Virus record (IMG/VR): IMGVR_UViG_3300042691_028354
Location: 1 to 64,000 of that record
Origin: a virus
DNA: 64,000 nucleotides
Strand: one strand, 5' to 3'
The notes under the pieces are model-generated. The model searched no databases, was not told the origin of the DNA, and saw only the letters and a program-made list of their open reading frames with translations. The position numbers were made by a program, and so were the translations under genes. Below are positions 46,966 through 56,859 of the stretch, piece by piece (position 1 is the stretch's first letter; each line of letters begins with the position of its first letter).

Positions 46966-47573
46966 TGCAGCAGGGACCGTGGCTTGCCAAGAAGTACGTC
47001 ACTGACTACCTCGCGTCTGATCTTCCGACGCGCCTGATTCAGCATCGCAACGAGTGGCAACTTGACTCCGAGCGGCTTCCCGACCCTGAGCTCTATGTCG
47101 CTTACGAGCCGGCCGGCCTCGAGGTTTGGCCGACGATCATCACGATCCAAATGGCAACATCGCAAATCGTTCGCACCGACTACGCCAACTGGACCACCGA
47201 TCCGAACTATCGAGTCACCTACAACCTGCGCACCTACGTGTGGGTTCGGGGTGAAGGGCCAGAACAGACCACCGAGACCCGTGATCGACTTACGGCGGTG
47301 GTCCGAGCAAGCTTGCTTGATCATCCCGCCATGGCCGCCAACGACCCCGGCTTCTTTCCAACGGCAACATCCGAAGTGAGACTTGATGAAACGACGTTGC
47401 GTGAAGAGTATTCGGACCTCTCGTATGCGAAGGGCGATCGCGTGATCGCTGGAGCGTTCCTTGGCTACGAGTTCAGCCTCAATGAGCAGATTACGCGTCA
47501 GAAACTTGGCGATGTATCGGTTATTGGCATTGACATCCAGCAGGTTCCGTTGGGAGAGGACTTTACGTCGTAA
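46965..47573 (+). CDS. Putative tail terminator/completion protein
   Basis: Position between neck and sheath genes. Confidence 0.6.
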   Translation: MQQGPWLAKKYVTDYLASDLPTRLIQHRNEWQLDSERLPDPELYVAYEPAGLEVWPTIITIQMATSQIVRTDYANWTTDPNYRVTYNLRTYVWVRGEGPEQTTETRDRLTAVVRASLLDHPAMAANDPGFFPTATSEVRLDETTLREEYSDLSYAKGDRVIAGAFLGYEFSLNEQITRQKLGDVSVIGIDIQQVPLGEDFTS

Positions 47574-47583
47574 AGTGGTGTAC

Positions 47584-47910
47584 ATGGCCAATGTCGCGCG
47601 TGTGTGGAATCCGTTGAGCCGACCCGTTCAGGTTTCGGTAAATGGTGTGATGGTTGCCGGACTCACTGAGTCCGATGTTGATCTTGACGATGTTGTTGCG
47701 GCTGCTGCGCTTACCGCAGGTGACATCGTTCTACTTGCGCCCACTAAGACTGTTTCGGTGGCAGAATCAGTGGAGCCACAACAGACTGAAGAAGTAGCGG
47801 TTCCCGCTGACTCTGATGAACCTGAAGAGGCACCCACCGAAGAGGAAGAGGCACCCGAGCCCGCTCCTCGCCCCCGTAAGAAGCCCGCTACCCAGGCGAA
47901 GGAGTCCTGA
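47584..47910 (+). CDS. Hypothetical protein with acidic low-complexity tail
   Basis: Leaderless TAAAGT 7 nt before ATG; coupled to the sheath gene. Confidence 0.65.
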   Translation: MANVARVWNPLSRPVQVSVNGVMVAGLTESDVDLDDVVAAAALTAGDIVLLAPTKTVSVAESVEPQQTEEVAVPADSDEPEEAPTEEEEAPEPAPRPRKKPATQAKES

Positions 47911-49430
47911 TGCCAGGCGTAAATGTCACCACCGGCGTGCGAGTCGGCCCGACTGGGGTTGATGCTGCACCGGCATCGACCTTCTTCATCGTTGGTACCG
48001 CGGAACGTGGTCCCGTCGATGAGGCGATGACCGTCACCAGCATGAGCCAGTTTGAGGCCATCTATGGTGGGTTCTCCTCGAGCTTCACGCTGAACGACAA
48101 TGTCCGCACCTACTTTGAGGAAGGTGGCACCCGTGCCATCGTTTCTCGAGTCGTTGGTGCTGATCCTGATGCCGCTTCGGTGGATGTCGTGGATGCCTCT
48201 GACGGCAACGTCCTCAGCCTCACCGCCGCTTCGCCGGGCGTGTGGGCCAACTCGGCAGCTTCGCCGGCAAAGGACGGCCTCAAGGTCATCGTTACCGCCG
48301 CTGGTGGGACCGGCTTCACCTTGGTGCTCACCTACAAGGGTGAGACCATCTTCTCTGGCGGGCCGTTCCTCAACGAAACGCTTATTGACGGATCAACCAA
48401 GTACGCCAAGCAGTTTGCGGCCGAGGCCATCAATGGTTCTGCTGCACTGACCCACTTCGTGTCGGCCGCCGTCGGGAACTCAGTTCTCAACGCTGCGGCA
48501 GACACTCTTGACTTCACTGGTGGCTCGGAAGGCGACTCCATCGTCGCTGCCGACTACGTCACCGGTCTTGACCTGTTCGACTACGACTTCGGCCCTGGTG
48601 CCGTCGCCGTTCCCGGCCAGGCCTCATCGACCATTTGGGAAGGCATTCGTGACCATGCGGTTGCGAATCGCCGCATCGCCCTGTGTGCGACGACCTCGAC
48701 CCGCACCTCATCGCAGGCCATCGGCGATGCCGACGCCTACTGGGGTACGACCGCAGCGTCTCGCAACGAGGCTTCCTACATGGCGTTCTACTGGCCATGG
48801 GTCACCGTTCCCGACGGCTTCGGTGGAACCCGTGATCAGTCCCCCGAGGCGTTCGTGGCTGCGGCCCGAGCTCGGGCACACCTTCAGGGTGGCCCGTGGC
48901 GTCCCGGTGCGGGCGAGGTCTCCGCTTCTCGCTACGTCACCGGCCTTGTCACTCCTGTGACTAAGTCGACGGGCGACACGCTTGATGCCAGCCGGGTCAA
49001 CGCCCTGCGAGTCATCGGCAACACGGTTCGTGTCTACGGCGCCCGCTCGGTGTCGTCGGACGAGACCAACTGGCGCTTCATCACCTACCGAGACACCCTC
49101 AACTTCATCACGGGTCGAGCCGAAGCGGCTCTTGAGCCACTGGTGTTCCGTCCGATTGACGGTCGAGGCAACCTCTTCGGTGAGATCGAAGCGATCCTGA
49201 CCGGAATCATGGAGCCGATTCGTGCGGACGGCGGTGTGTACGAGGGCATTGACCCCGTCACCGGCAACCAGCTCGATGCCGGCTACTCGGTGAGCGCCGA
49301 TTCGGCCAACAACCCGACCGCAGATCTCGCCAACGGTGTCGTCACCGCTGTCGTGGGTGCTCGCGTCTCGCCGGTTGCTGACCAAATCAACATCACCATC
49401 ACCAAGTCGGCCCTCAACGCCATCGTCTGA
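47910..49430 (+). CDS. Contractile tail sheath protein
   Basis: MPGVNV, GTAERGP, AFYWPWV, VNALR...VYGARS...WRFI. Confidence 0.93.
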   Translation: MPGVNVTTGVRVGPTGVDAAPASTFFIVGTAERGPVDEAMTVTSMSQFEAIYGGFSSSFTLNDNVRTYFEEGGTRAIVSRVVGADPDAASVDVVDASDGNVLSLTAASPGVWANSAASPAKDGLKVIVTAAGGTGFTLVLTYKGETIFSGGPFLNETLIDGSTKYAKQFAAEAINGSAALTHFVSAAVGNSVLNAAADTLDFTGGSEGDSIVAADYVTGLDLFDYDFGPGAVAVPGQASSTIWEGIRDHAVANRRIALCATTSTRTSSQAIGDADAYWGTTAASRNEASYMAFYWPWVTVPDGFGGTRDQSPEAFVAAARARAHLQGGPWRPGAGEVSASRYVTGLVTPVTKSTGDTLDASRVNALRVIGNTVRVYGARSVSSDETNWRFITYRDTLNFITGRAEAALEPLVFRPIDGRGNLFGEIEAILTGIMEPIRADGGVYEGIDPVTGNQLDAGYSVSADSANNPTADLANGVVTAVVGARVSPVADQINITITKSALNAIV

Positions 49431-49448
49431 GACAAGGGGTAACACGAA

Positions 49449-49931
49449 ATGGCAAAGGTTTCCCAGCGGCAGATCGTAGCGGCGGTAAAGCCGTCTGCTT
49501 CGCAGCCGAACACCCGGCGCACACCGCCGGACTTCACGACTGGCGTTCGTCGCTACTTCGCTCAGGTGTCGGGCGGCGAGGTCCAGGCCTCGGTGGAGAA
49601 GGTCTACGACGGTGGTTCAACCACCCCGCAGGTCCTCCCCGCACCGATCGAGGTTGGCGACGTCACCGTCACCCGTCACTACGACCCCGATGTCGACGCA
49701 CCACTGATCGCTGGGGCTCGCCCCCTCGTCGGCAAGGCGCGCTACGACGTTGCGGTGTTCACTCTTGACGCAGACAACCAGATCATCCAGGGCCGCACTC
49801 GGGTCTACCCGAGCACGCTGTTAGTGAACATCACCGAGCCAGAGGGCGATTCGTCCTCGGGTGGCCCGGCGACGTTCTCGATGACCTTCTCCTGTGAGAA
49901 TGTCACCAACTCGGGCGGCTCGCTGATCTAA
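49449..49931 (+). CDS. Tail tube protein
   Basis: Follows sheath; FAQVSGG...DVTVTR.YD pattern. Confidence 0.8.
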   Translation: MAKVSQRQIVAAVKPSASQPNTRRTPPDFTTGVRRYFAQVSGGEVQASVEKVYDGGSTTPQVLPAPIEVGDVTVTRHYDPDVDAPLIAGARPLVGKARYDVAVFTLDADNQIIQGRTRVYPSTLLVNITEPEGDSSSGGPATFSMTFSCENVTNSGGSLI

Positions 49932-49962
49932 CCCAGTCGGGTTCACAACTCAGTTTCTCGCT

Positions 49963-49990
49963 AGGGCGCTTCCTCAAAGGGGGCGCTCTT
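49963..49990 (+). terminator. Hairpin after the tube gene
   Basis: AGGGCGCTTCCT-CAA-AGGGGGCGCTCT. Confidence 0.5.
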
Positions 49991-50044
49991 GCGCGTATAC
50001 TGCGTTACATTCACCCCTAGTAACTCAGTAGATTGGAAACTGAA

Positions 50045-50587
50045 ATGGATCTTGACTCGGTCTTCACCTTTGGTGACGACGGTGGCGATGACATCGCGAT
50101 CACCAAGGACTTAGCCGATGGTGGCGACATCGTTATTGCCGGCGACGAACCCAGCCTCCTCGCTCAGCTCAAGAACGCCCTTGCCAAGGACGTTCGACGC
50201 ACGGACATTCTTGTCGAGGTTCCTGAGCGCAAGAACATGATCATCCGATACTCGCCGAACATCACCCAGCACCAGATTCGTGCGTGGCGTCGCGGCTCGG
50301 GCGACAGTCGCAAAGAAGGCATGGATGCTGTGCGCTTTGCGTGCCACGTCCTGGCCAACACCTGTACCGGAATCCTTATCAATGGACAGGAAGTCACCGA
50401 GAACGGCGAACCAGTGACCTTCTCTCACGAGATTGTCATGCAGATGGTTGGCGCCACTCGAGTGTTTGATTGCGTTCGAGCCGTTTACGGTCTTGACCCT
50501 CACGTCGAAGCGGCAGCGTTGGCTGTCCTTGATGCTGCTGGATTCAATGACGACGTGGAGCAGGTGGACCCTACGAAAGTGTCGTAG
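50045..50587 (+). CDS. Tail assembly chaperone (G-like)
   Basis: Between tube and tape measure; ends VDPTKVS. Confidence 0.75.
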   Translation: MDLDSVFTFGDDGGDDIAITKDLADGGDIVIAGDEPSLLAQLKNALAKDVRRTDILVEVPERKNMIIRYSPNITQHQIRAWRRGSGDSRKEGMDAVRFACHVLANTCTGILINGQEVTENGEPVTFSHEIVMQMVGATRVFDCVRAVYGLDPHVEAAALAVLDAAGFNDDVEQVDPTKVS

Positions 50588-50760
50588 ACGACCTGATGGG
50601 CTCGCCGGACATTCAGACGGCGGCCCGGATGGGGGAGTTGTTCGGCCAAGATCCGATCACACTCCTTGACTGCGACAGGGTCACATGGTTGATCCGATTG
50701 GCCTGTGCTAAAGTCATAGCACGGGATCGTGAGGAGCAAGCCAAAAGGGCGAAGTCATAA
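50569..50760 (+). CDS. Tail assembly chaperone extension (T-like) in the -1 frame
   Basis: -1 frame open from 50551 to TAA 50758-50760: ...DLMGSPDIQTAARMGELFGQDPITLL...AKRAKS. Confidence 0.65.
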   Translation, partial: PYESVVDDLMGSPDIQTAARMGELFGQDPITLLDCDRVTWLIRLACAKVIARDREEQAKRAKS

Positions 50761-50811
50761 GACACTGAGTCATGGCTGCGTTTCAGAACGCCCCGAGGAG
50801 GTGATCCCGTA

Positions 50812-53800
50812 GTGTCTGATGTCGTCATCAAGATTGAAGTCAATGACGCCGACGCGCAGGCAAAGCTCTCAAAGCTTGAAGCTCGCCTGCTTAGACTGAA
50901 GGCTGCGGGGGCCTCTACTGGGGACGCCTTTGATGGTCTCAGTGGTGACATTGACAACACCACGAACTCCTCGTCCAAGTTGAGTAAGTCTCTCAACGAC
51001 AACGACAACCATCTCAGAAGACTGGCCAAGTCAACCGGTTACACCGAGAAGGAACTCAAGAGAATCGGCGGCCCATTCAAGATCTTCGGTCGGGTTCTCG
51101 GTGGAGTTGGCAAGTTTGCCAAGTACGCAGCAATCGAGTTCGGCGTGATGAGCATCGTTCTTGGGGGCCTGAAACTTGCCCTTATCGCCGGTGAGCTTGC
51201 AATCAAGGGCTGGAACATGGCCTTGCGCGCAAGTGCGGCCGGCGTGGGCGTTTTTATCGGTGGCGTCGCCACAGCGCTCGCTGCCATCAGGGAACTCAAT
51301 AACGCTCGACTCACACCCTTCGCTCGGCAAGCAGGCCAGGTGGCGATGGATGGTCGCGTTGACCTTGTAGGTCCAGTTGGCGGGGTGATGGGAGACCGTC
51401 AGCTGGGCATGTTTGACGACAAGTCGCTCACCGGAGCGATCAGCGCTCAGTTGAGAGCCGGGCAGCAACTTGACGCTCAGTTCAGATCCACTCTTCAGGT
51501 CCTGGGCAACTTTGCCGTTGTGGCTGACGATCCGAACAAGGCCATCGCCGGACTCAGTGGTGCTTTCTCTAAGGCTCGGCAGGAAGGCAGTTTCACTGAG
51601 GACATCATCAAGAGCATCTCCGAGAGTTCGCCAGAACTGGCAAAGGCAATCACAGACTCTGGGATGGGGGTTGATGCCTTCACTCAAGCTCTTATTGACG
51701 GTCGGGTTGATGGACTTGAGGCCTTCACTGATGCCCTAGACGTAGTGAACAACACGCTGATGGGGAAGGCCAAGGGGGCCTTCCGTGCGCTCAAGGAGCA
51801 GCTCACCGAAGTCGGCCAACCACTGGTCGACGGCCTCAAGCCGGCCCTTACCGCAACCGAGCGACTCCTCTCCAACTTCTTATCATCGGTGACTCCGGTT
51901 ATTCAGGACGTACTTGGCCGACTCTTCCCGCAACTTGCTGGATCCGGTGATTCCATCCTCGGCAAGGCACTAGACAAACTCGCCGTCTCAATCAATCAAA
52001 ACCTCCCCAAACTGGAGGGGTTGATGGATCGCTTCAAGGGTGGTTGGAAGGCAGTCGAAGGATTCTTCTCCCGTCTTGCCGACGGCATGACGAACGCCAG
52101 TAGTGGCTTTGACACCCTCTACAACAACATTCTCAAGCCACTCGGTAGTGAAATCTGGAAGACCATCACTCACGCTGTCGAGGGATTCAACGACGTCATC
52201 AACGATACGTCCGGGGTAAGTGGCAACTTTGCCGACCGGATCTCAAAGATCTTCGATGGTGTGCGCAGTCTGATCGACGGCTTCAACGAGTTCCGAAAAG
52301 CCATTGCCCCATTGGTCGACGCCCTCTTGTCGCTTATGGGGGTCCTCGGCAAACTTCTTGAACTACCTGGCATCGGACTCCTTGCTGCAATGTTCGGAAC
52401 AAGCGCAATCATCGGCGGAAAGGCACGCAAAGCGAATACTCGCGGGACAACCGGCAGTGCGAACGCCATGAACAACGTCGCCGGCTTCCTCAGCATGGGC
52501 ATGTATAACCCACTCGGTACGCAGCGCACCAAGAATGCCCCTCAGTTTGTACAGGACTACCGGACCCTCAGGGGCATGGGTGATGTCAGTCGTCGCGAAG
52601 CAGCCGGAGTCATCGCTGGTTACGCAGCTGATGGCGTAAAGGCATCGGTCGGTACGGCCGTCAAGGCTGCCGCTCCGACTCTGTTGGCATTGGGCGGCTC
52701 ACTTGTGGGTGGAGCGATCCTGAACAACGCCAAACCAAGTGATGCAGGCAGTCAGGTATTCGGGCAGGCCCTCTCCATGGGTGGTCTTGGAGCGAGCGTC
52801 GGATTCATGGCTGGAGGACCTGTCGGTGCAGCCATCGGCGGCGGCATTGGCCTGGCTGTCGGTGGCGTGACTGGCCTCTTCTCCGCTCGGGCGGCCAGGG
52901 ACAAGGAGCTCAAGGAGGCACGGGCAAGCGGCGAAGACATGTCCACTGCCGGCATGAACCCGAACCGCCTGTTTGGCTCTGGTGGTGTAGTTGCTCAAAT
53001 GAACAAGAATCGCGAAACCATCGCGATGCTCAATCAGTTTGACACCTTCATGACGCAACGCAAGGACCTGTCTACCTCCATTGACAGCAAGCTGGACGCG
53101 TTCTACACGGCAAACAAGGTTTCAGTTGACCGAGCGGGCTTGATGAACGAGGAACTGACTCAGGCGGAAAAGGATGCCAGTGTCGTCGCTGCGAATCGCG
53201 GATTCATTACCGACCTGAAGAACCTTGACCCCACGGCTCGAGCCGAGGCCATCAAGCGACTGAAGGATCTCAGCACTTTGCCAACTGAGATCAAAGATGA
53301 ACTTGAAAGGTTCGCTTCCGTAGACGCGAACGTCGGCGGCATTGCCGAAAAGTTCGGCAACAGTGCTGATGAGATCAAGAAGTTCGCTGAGGGACTGGAA
53401 GAAGGAAACCTCAAGTTGGCTAAGGGCAAAGGGGTCCTTGAGAACAACTACCGAACGCTTTCTAACGTCCTCAATCTGACACAGGACGAGGCCGCCAACT
53501 TCGCCGACAACCTGGGCATCAACATGCTTGAAAGGCTCATCACCTTTGAGGATGTTCTAACCGGTCTTGGCTACGCGTTTGATGAGACAGGGCAGATTCT
53601 TGACGATGCCGCAAACAGGTCAGTGGCATCCACTCGACTTCTCAGTGGCGTAATGAAGAGCATCAATAAGGAACTAGATACTCTTCAAAAAGAAGAGGCC
53701 GTCGTCACCAGTCGCACCCAGTTCTTTGGAACCGGAGGCACAGCAGCACAGGTCGCTCAGAATGGTGCCGACTATTTCCAAAGCGTTCTTCAGAACGCAA

Positions 53801-54918
53801 CTCAGCAATACATAGACAGCGCCCTTCAGGCAGAGAACGACCCAGCCGCAGTCAAGATGACATTCGAGCAGATGACGCAATCTGTCCTTGATCGCCTTGA
53901 TGCCGACTTCGCGGCCGCCGGCAATGTCAGTGGCGCTGTTGCTGACCGCTTCCGTGCGAACCGAGCCACTGTTGGCGCCGAGTTGGAAAAGGCGAAAACG
54001 CAGTTCGGTCCTCGGATCCAGTACGACTCAGCATTTGCCAAAGATGCTCAGAGCATCCTCAACGCACAGATCGGTGGAGTGCTCACCAAATCCGGCGGCT
54101 TCCAAACTGCCGACGAGTTAGACGCCGCTGGGACAAGTGCCGCACTAGCAATGCGCGACGAGTTGAAAAAGAAGTACCCAAGCATGCAGTTTGATGAGGC
54201 AAACCTGAATGCGATGAAGCGGTTTGTACTTGCGGGTCTGCAAGATGGCACGCCGGCAATGACCAATGCGATGATTACTGGCGCCGACTATTTGGTTCAA
54301 AAACTTGCGACCACTCCGATCACGGTCATCACAAGGACAAGTGATCCGTTTGCCGCCAATCGTAAGGATCCCCTGACGGGAGAAATCCTTAGCGATGACG
54401 AGATCGCTAGACGTGCCGCCGCCGCTGCTGGCGGCAACGTCGCGCCCAAAAAAGACACCTCCACTCCCCGATACGGCAAGGTAGGAGACACCGCTTCAAG
54501 TCAGTTTGAGCGCACCCTCGGCAAGCACATGGCCTTCAACTCCGGCCTGGCCGGGAGTCGCACGATCACCTCGGGCCTGCGCAACTGGGGCCTTGGTTCA
54601 CCGTCGTCGGATCACCGCTTCGGAAACGCCTACGACCTCACCGGCGACAACCTCGGCGCCTATGCAGAGTCGGTAAATGGATCAGGCGGCTTCGCTGAGT
54701 TCCACGGAGCAGCAGGTACTCGACACCTTCACGTTGTGCCGCCAGCCGGCGATACGGCAACCGCCATGGCTGGAGCCATGAGTGGGATGGTGAGTGGCGG
54801 ATCCAACACCTACAACATCAGTGTTGTCGGAGGACCCGGCACCGACGAGGCCGAACTTGCCCGTCGTGTCATGGCCGAGATCGAGCGACGCGAACGTGAT
54901 CGACAGGAGCGCCGCTGA
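50812..54918 (+). CDS. Tape measure protein with C-terminal M15-like Zn peptidase
   Basis: Long Ala/Gly-rich helical protein with hydrophobic segments; C-terminal ITSGLR...SDHRFGNAYDL...HLHV. Confidence 0.9.
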   Translation: MSDVVIKIEVNDADAQAKLSKLEARLLRLKAAGASTGDAFDGLSGDIDNTTNSSSKLSKSLNDNDNHLRRLAKSTGYTEKELKRIGGPFKIFGRVLGGVGKFAKYAAIEFGVMSIVLGGLKLALIAGELAIKGWNMALRASAAGVGVFIGGVATALAAIRELNNARLTPFARQAGQVAMDGRVDLVGPVGGVMGDRQLGMFDDKSLTGAISAQLRAGQQLDAQFRSTLQVLGNFAVVADDPNKAIAGLSGAFSKARQEGSFTEDIIKSISESSPELAKAITDSGMGVDAFTQALIDGRVDGLEAFTDALDVVNNTLMGKAKGAFRALKEQLTEVGQPLVDGLKPALTATERLLSNFLSSVTPVIQDVLGRLFPQLAGSGDSILGKALDKLAVSINQNLPKLEGLMDRFKGGWKAVEGFFSRLADGMTNASSGFDTLYNNILKPLGSEIWKTITHAVEGFNDVINDTSGVSGNFADRISKIFDGVRSLIDGFNEFRKAIAPLVDALLSLMGVLGKLLELPGIGLLAAMFGTSAIIGGKARKANTRGTTGSANAMNNVAGFLSMGMYNPLGTQRTKNAPQFVQDYRTLRGMGDVSRREAAGVIAGYAADGVKASVGTAVKAAAPTLLALGGSLVGGAILNNAKPSDAGSQVFGQALSMGGLGASVGFMAGGPVGAAIGGGIGLAVGGVTGLFSARAARDKELKEARASGEDMSTAGMNPNRLFGSGGVVAQMNKNRETIAMLNQFDTFMTQRKDLSTSIDSKLDAFYTANKVSVDRAGLMNEELTQAEKDASVVAANRGFITDLKNLDPTARAEAIKRLKDLSTLPTEIKDELERFASVDANVGGIAEKFGNSADEIKKFAEGLEEGNLKLAKGKGVLENNYRTLSNVLNLTQDEAANFADNLGINMLERLITFEDVLTGLGYAFDETGQILDDAANRSVASTRLLSGVMKSINKELDTLQKEEAVVTSRTQFFGTGGTAAQVAQNGADYFQSVLQNATQQYIDSALQAENDPAAVKMTFEQMTQSVLDRLDADFAAAGNVSGAVADRFRANRATVGAELEKAKTQFGPRIQYDSAFAKDAQSILNAQIGGVLTKSGGFQTADELDAAGTSAALAMRDELKKKYPSMQFDEANLNAMKRFVLAGLQDGTPAMTNAMITGADYLVQKLATTPITVITRTSDPFAANRKDPLTGEILSDDEIARRAAAAAGGNVAPKKDTSTPRYGKVGDTASSQFERTLGKHMAFNSGLAGSRTITSGLRNWGLGSPSSDHRFGNAYDLTGDNLGAYAESVNGSGGFAEFHGAAGTRHLHVVPPAGDTATAMAGAMSGMVSGGSNTYNISVVGGPGTDEAELARRVMAEIERRERDRQERR

Positions 54919-55631
54919 TGGCCATCTCTCAGATCTTCACTGGGGAGTTCAACTACACGGACTCACCCGATCGAATCCTGCGCTCACTCAACGGCGAGCA
55001 GTTTGCTCCCGGCGCTCTCTCTACCGCCGATGCCAACGTGCGACAGGTAACGATCCGCACCGTGCAGTCAATCAACTTCTTCGGCTCAACCCTTGTTCCA
55101 TCGGTCACTTTCCCCCTTGCGCCGAACGATGTTTCGTTCTCCGACTTGGCGGACCGCTATGAAGAAATCGAACGTCCAGGGCGCGATCCACTGGTCTACA
55201 AGTCCGGTGCCCGCAACCCCAAGATGGAACTCCGACTTCTACTCACGGCCAATGACAACCGAGGCTCGGCGTCCATGGAGTTTGGACTTGTGTGGCTTCG
55301 ATTGGTTGCTCGAGTTGACATCGACGTGATTCTGATCGGCATGGGACTGATGTCATCGTCGGCCCGATACCGGGTGACGGAACTCAGTGCTTCTGCGGTT
55401 CGACTCAATCCGAATCAGGAAATCACCGCCGCTGAAGTCAGTCTTTCGCTTGTTGAAGTACCCCAAGTGGTTCAGAGTCGAGCAACAGTGCCTGGAGCAA
55501 CTGCCATCAAGGATGTTCCTGCGCCTGCTGGCGGCTTCCTGTCCGCTCAGGGTCGAACCGAGGCCGTACCTACCTACAGTCGCACTTCAAACGCCGTCAC
55601 GACGTGGAGCGCCCTTCGGGAGCTCGGGTAA
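54918..55631 (+). CDS. Putative tail tube initiator/baseplate protein
   Basis: Position after TMP; FPLAPNDVSFS...EIERPGR.P. Confidence 0.65.
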   Translation: MAISQIFTGEFNYTDSPDRILRSLNGEQFAPGALSTADANVRQVTIRTVQSINFFGSTLVPSVTFPLAPNDVSFSDLADRYEEIERPGRDPLVYKSGARNPKMELRLLLTANDNRGSASMEFGLVWLRLVARVDIDVILIGMGLMSSSARYRVTELSASAVRLNPNQEITAAEVSLSLVEVPQVVQSRATVPGATAIKDVPAPAGGFLSAQGRTEAVPTYSRTSNAVTTWSALRELG

Positions 55632-56854
55632 TGGCTAGTGCGCAGACGATCGGAAATGTGATCGTTGAGACACCACAAGGTCTTGTCGACGTTGGCGAGT
55701 ACTGCGCCGAAGGCGAGCTTGAGTGGTCAATGGACTCCGTGTCTCAGGTGACATTCAAGATCATTGATCGCGATCTCAAGATGCTGTCAAAGGGCTTCTT
55801 TACTCTTCGACAACTCGTCTACTTCGCGATCTCGGCCTGGGAGATCTCTGGGGTAGAGATCGGATCTCAAAATGGGATTGAGGCAGTCACGATTCAGTGT
55901 CGATCCCACAATGCGCAGCGATTGAAGTATGAGAAGGGAAATGCTCTCTTCACTGGTGGCAACGCCAGCTCATACGCCGCATCAAAGGCGCGCCAGTATG
56001 GAATGAGGCCTTTCGTTGAGAACAGCCCTCCGAAGGAGAACATCACCCAAAGTTCCAACCCCTTCTTCGAGGAATCCGTATGGGACGTTCTGCGGAAGAA
56101 CGCAGGCGAGGACGACTACGTCCTCTTTGAGACCAACAACACCCTCTTCTACTGTTCCGAGCAGTTTCTTCTCGGGAAGTTTGCGGTAGTCGATTACTCG
56201 ATGTTTGGCCCTGGGCAGTTTTTGTTCACGCCAATAAAGTGGCGACCAAACCCCGCTTGGGCTCCGCAGTATCAGAAGATCGCATCGCCTCAAGGACGTC
56301 CAGCGGTTTCGTTCGGAGCAAAGAGCAACGCATGGGTGGCTTATGCCCAAAGGGTCCTTATCGAGCGGGCCGGCAAGTTGATCTATGACCCACCCGGTGA
56401 CTACGGACTCAGCACCCGTCAAGCGGTTGCCGACATCCAGTCCTTCTTCCGCACCGGAGGCGATTGGAACGTCATTGACTGGCGCACTTGGGGTGTTATT
56501 GACTTCTTCGCCAACTTCTATGAGCTCTTTCCTGACCGGTATGCAATGACATCCATTGACATCCCCAACGCACGCAAGAGTGAAGACGCCAAATGGTCTG
56601 CAACACTGGACCTTGAGTTGCCCTACACCGAGGGTTTCTATCTTCGTCCCGGCATGACACTGAGACTTGACGAAGTCCCCGAGTTCACCTGGTACTACTT
56701 GGTTCGATCGGTCAACGTCCGATTGGGGACCAACGAACCGGTGAGAATCTCGGCCTCAACCCCGAACTTGCCTCGAGACGATCTCCTCAAGGCCCTTGAT
56801 CGTCTAGGTCGCATCAGCGCTTCGGGTGGCGGCTTCGCTACAGTTGCGGGTTAG
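55631..56854 (+). CDS. Baseplate hub protein with inserted peptidoglycan-binding-like segment
   Basis: ESVWDVL...FETNNTLFY hub pattern; VAYAQRVL...GDYGLSTRQAVADIQ PG-binding pattern. Confidence 0.7.
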   Translation: MASAQTIGNVIVETPQGLVDVGEYCAEGELEWSMDSVSQVTFKIIDRDLKMLSKGFFTLRQLVYFAISAWEISGVEIGSQNGIEAVTIQCRSHNAQRLKYEKGNALFTGGNASSYAASKARQYGMRPFVENSPPKENITQSSNPFFEESVWDVLRKNAGEDDYVLFETNNTLFYCSEQFLLGKFAVVDYSMFGPGQFLFTPIKWRPNPAWAPQYQKIASPQGRPAVSFGAKSNAWVAYAQRVLIERAGKLIYDPPGDYGLSTRQAVADIQSFFRTGGDWNVIDWRTWGVIDFFANFYELFPDRYAMTSIDIPNARKSEDAKWSATLDLELPYTEGFYLRPGMTLRLDEVPEFTWYYLVRSVNVRLGTNEPVRISASTPNLPRDDLLKALDRLGRISASGGGFATVAG

Positions 56855-56859
56855 TTCCT

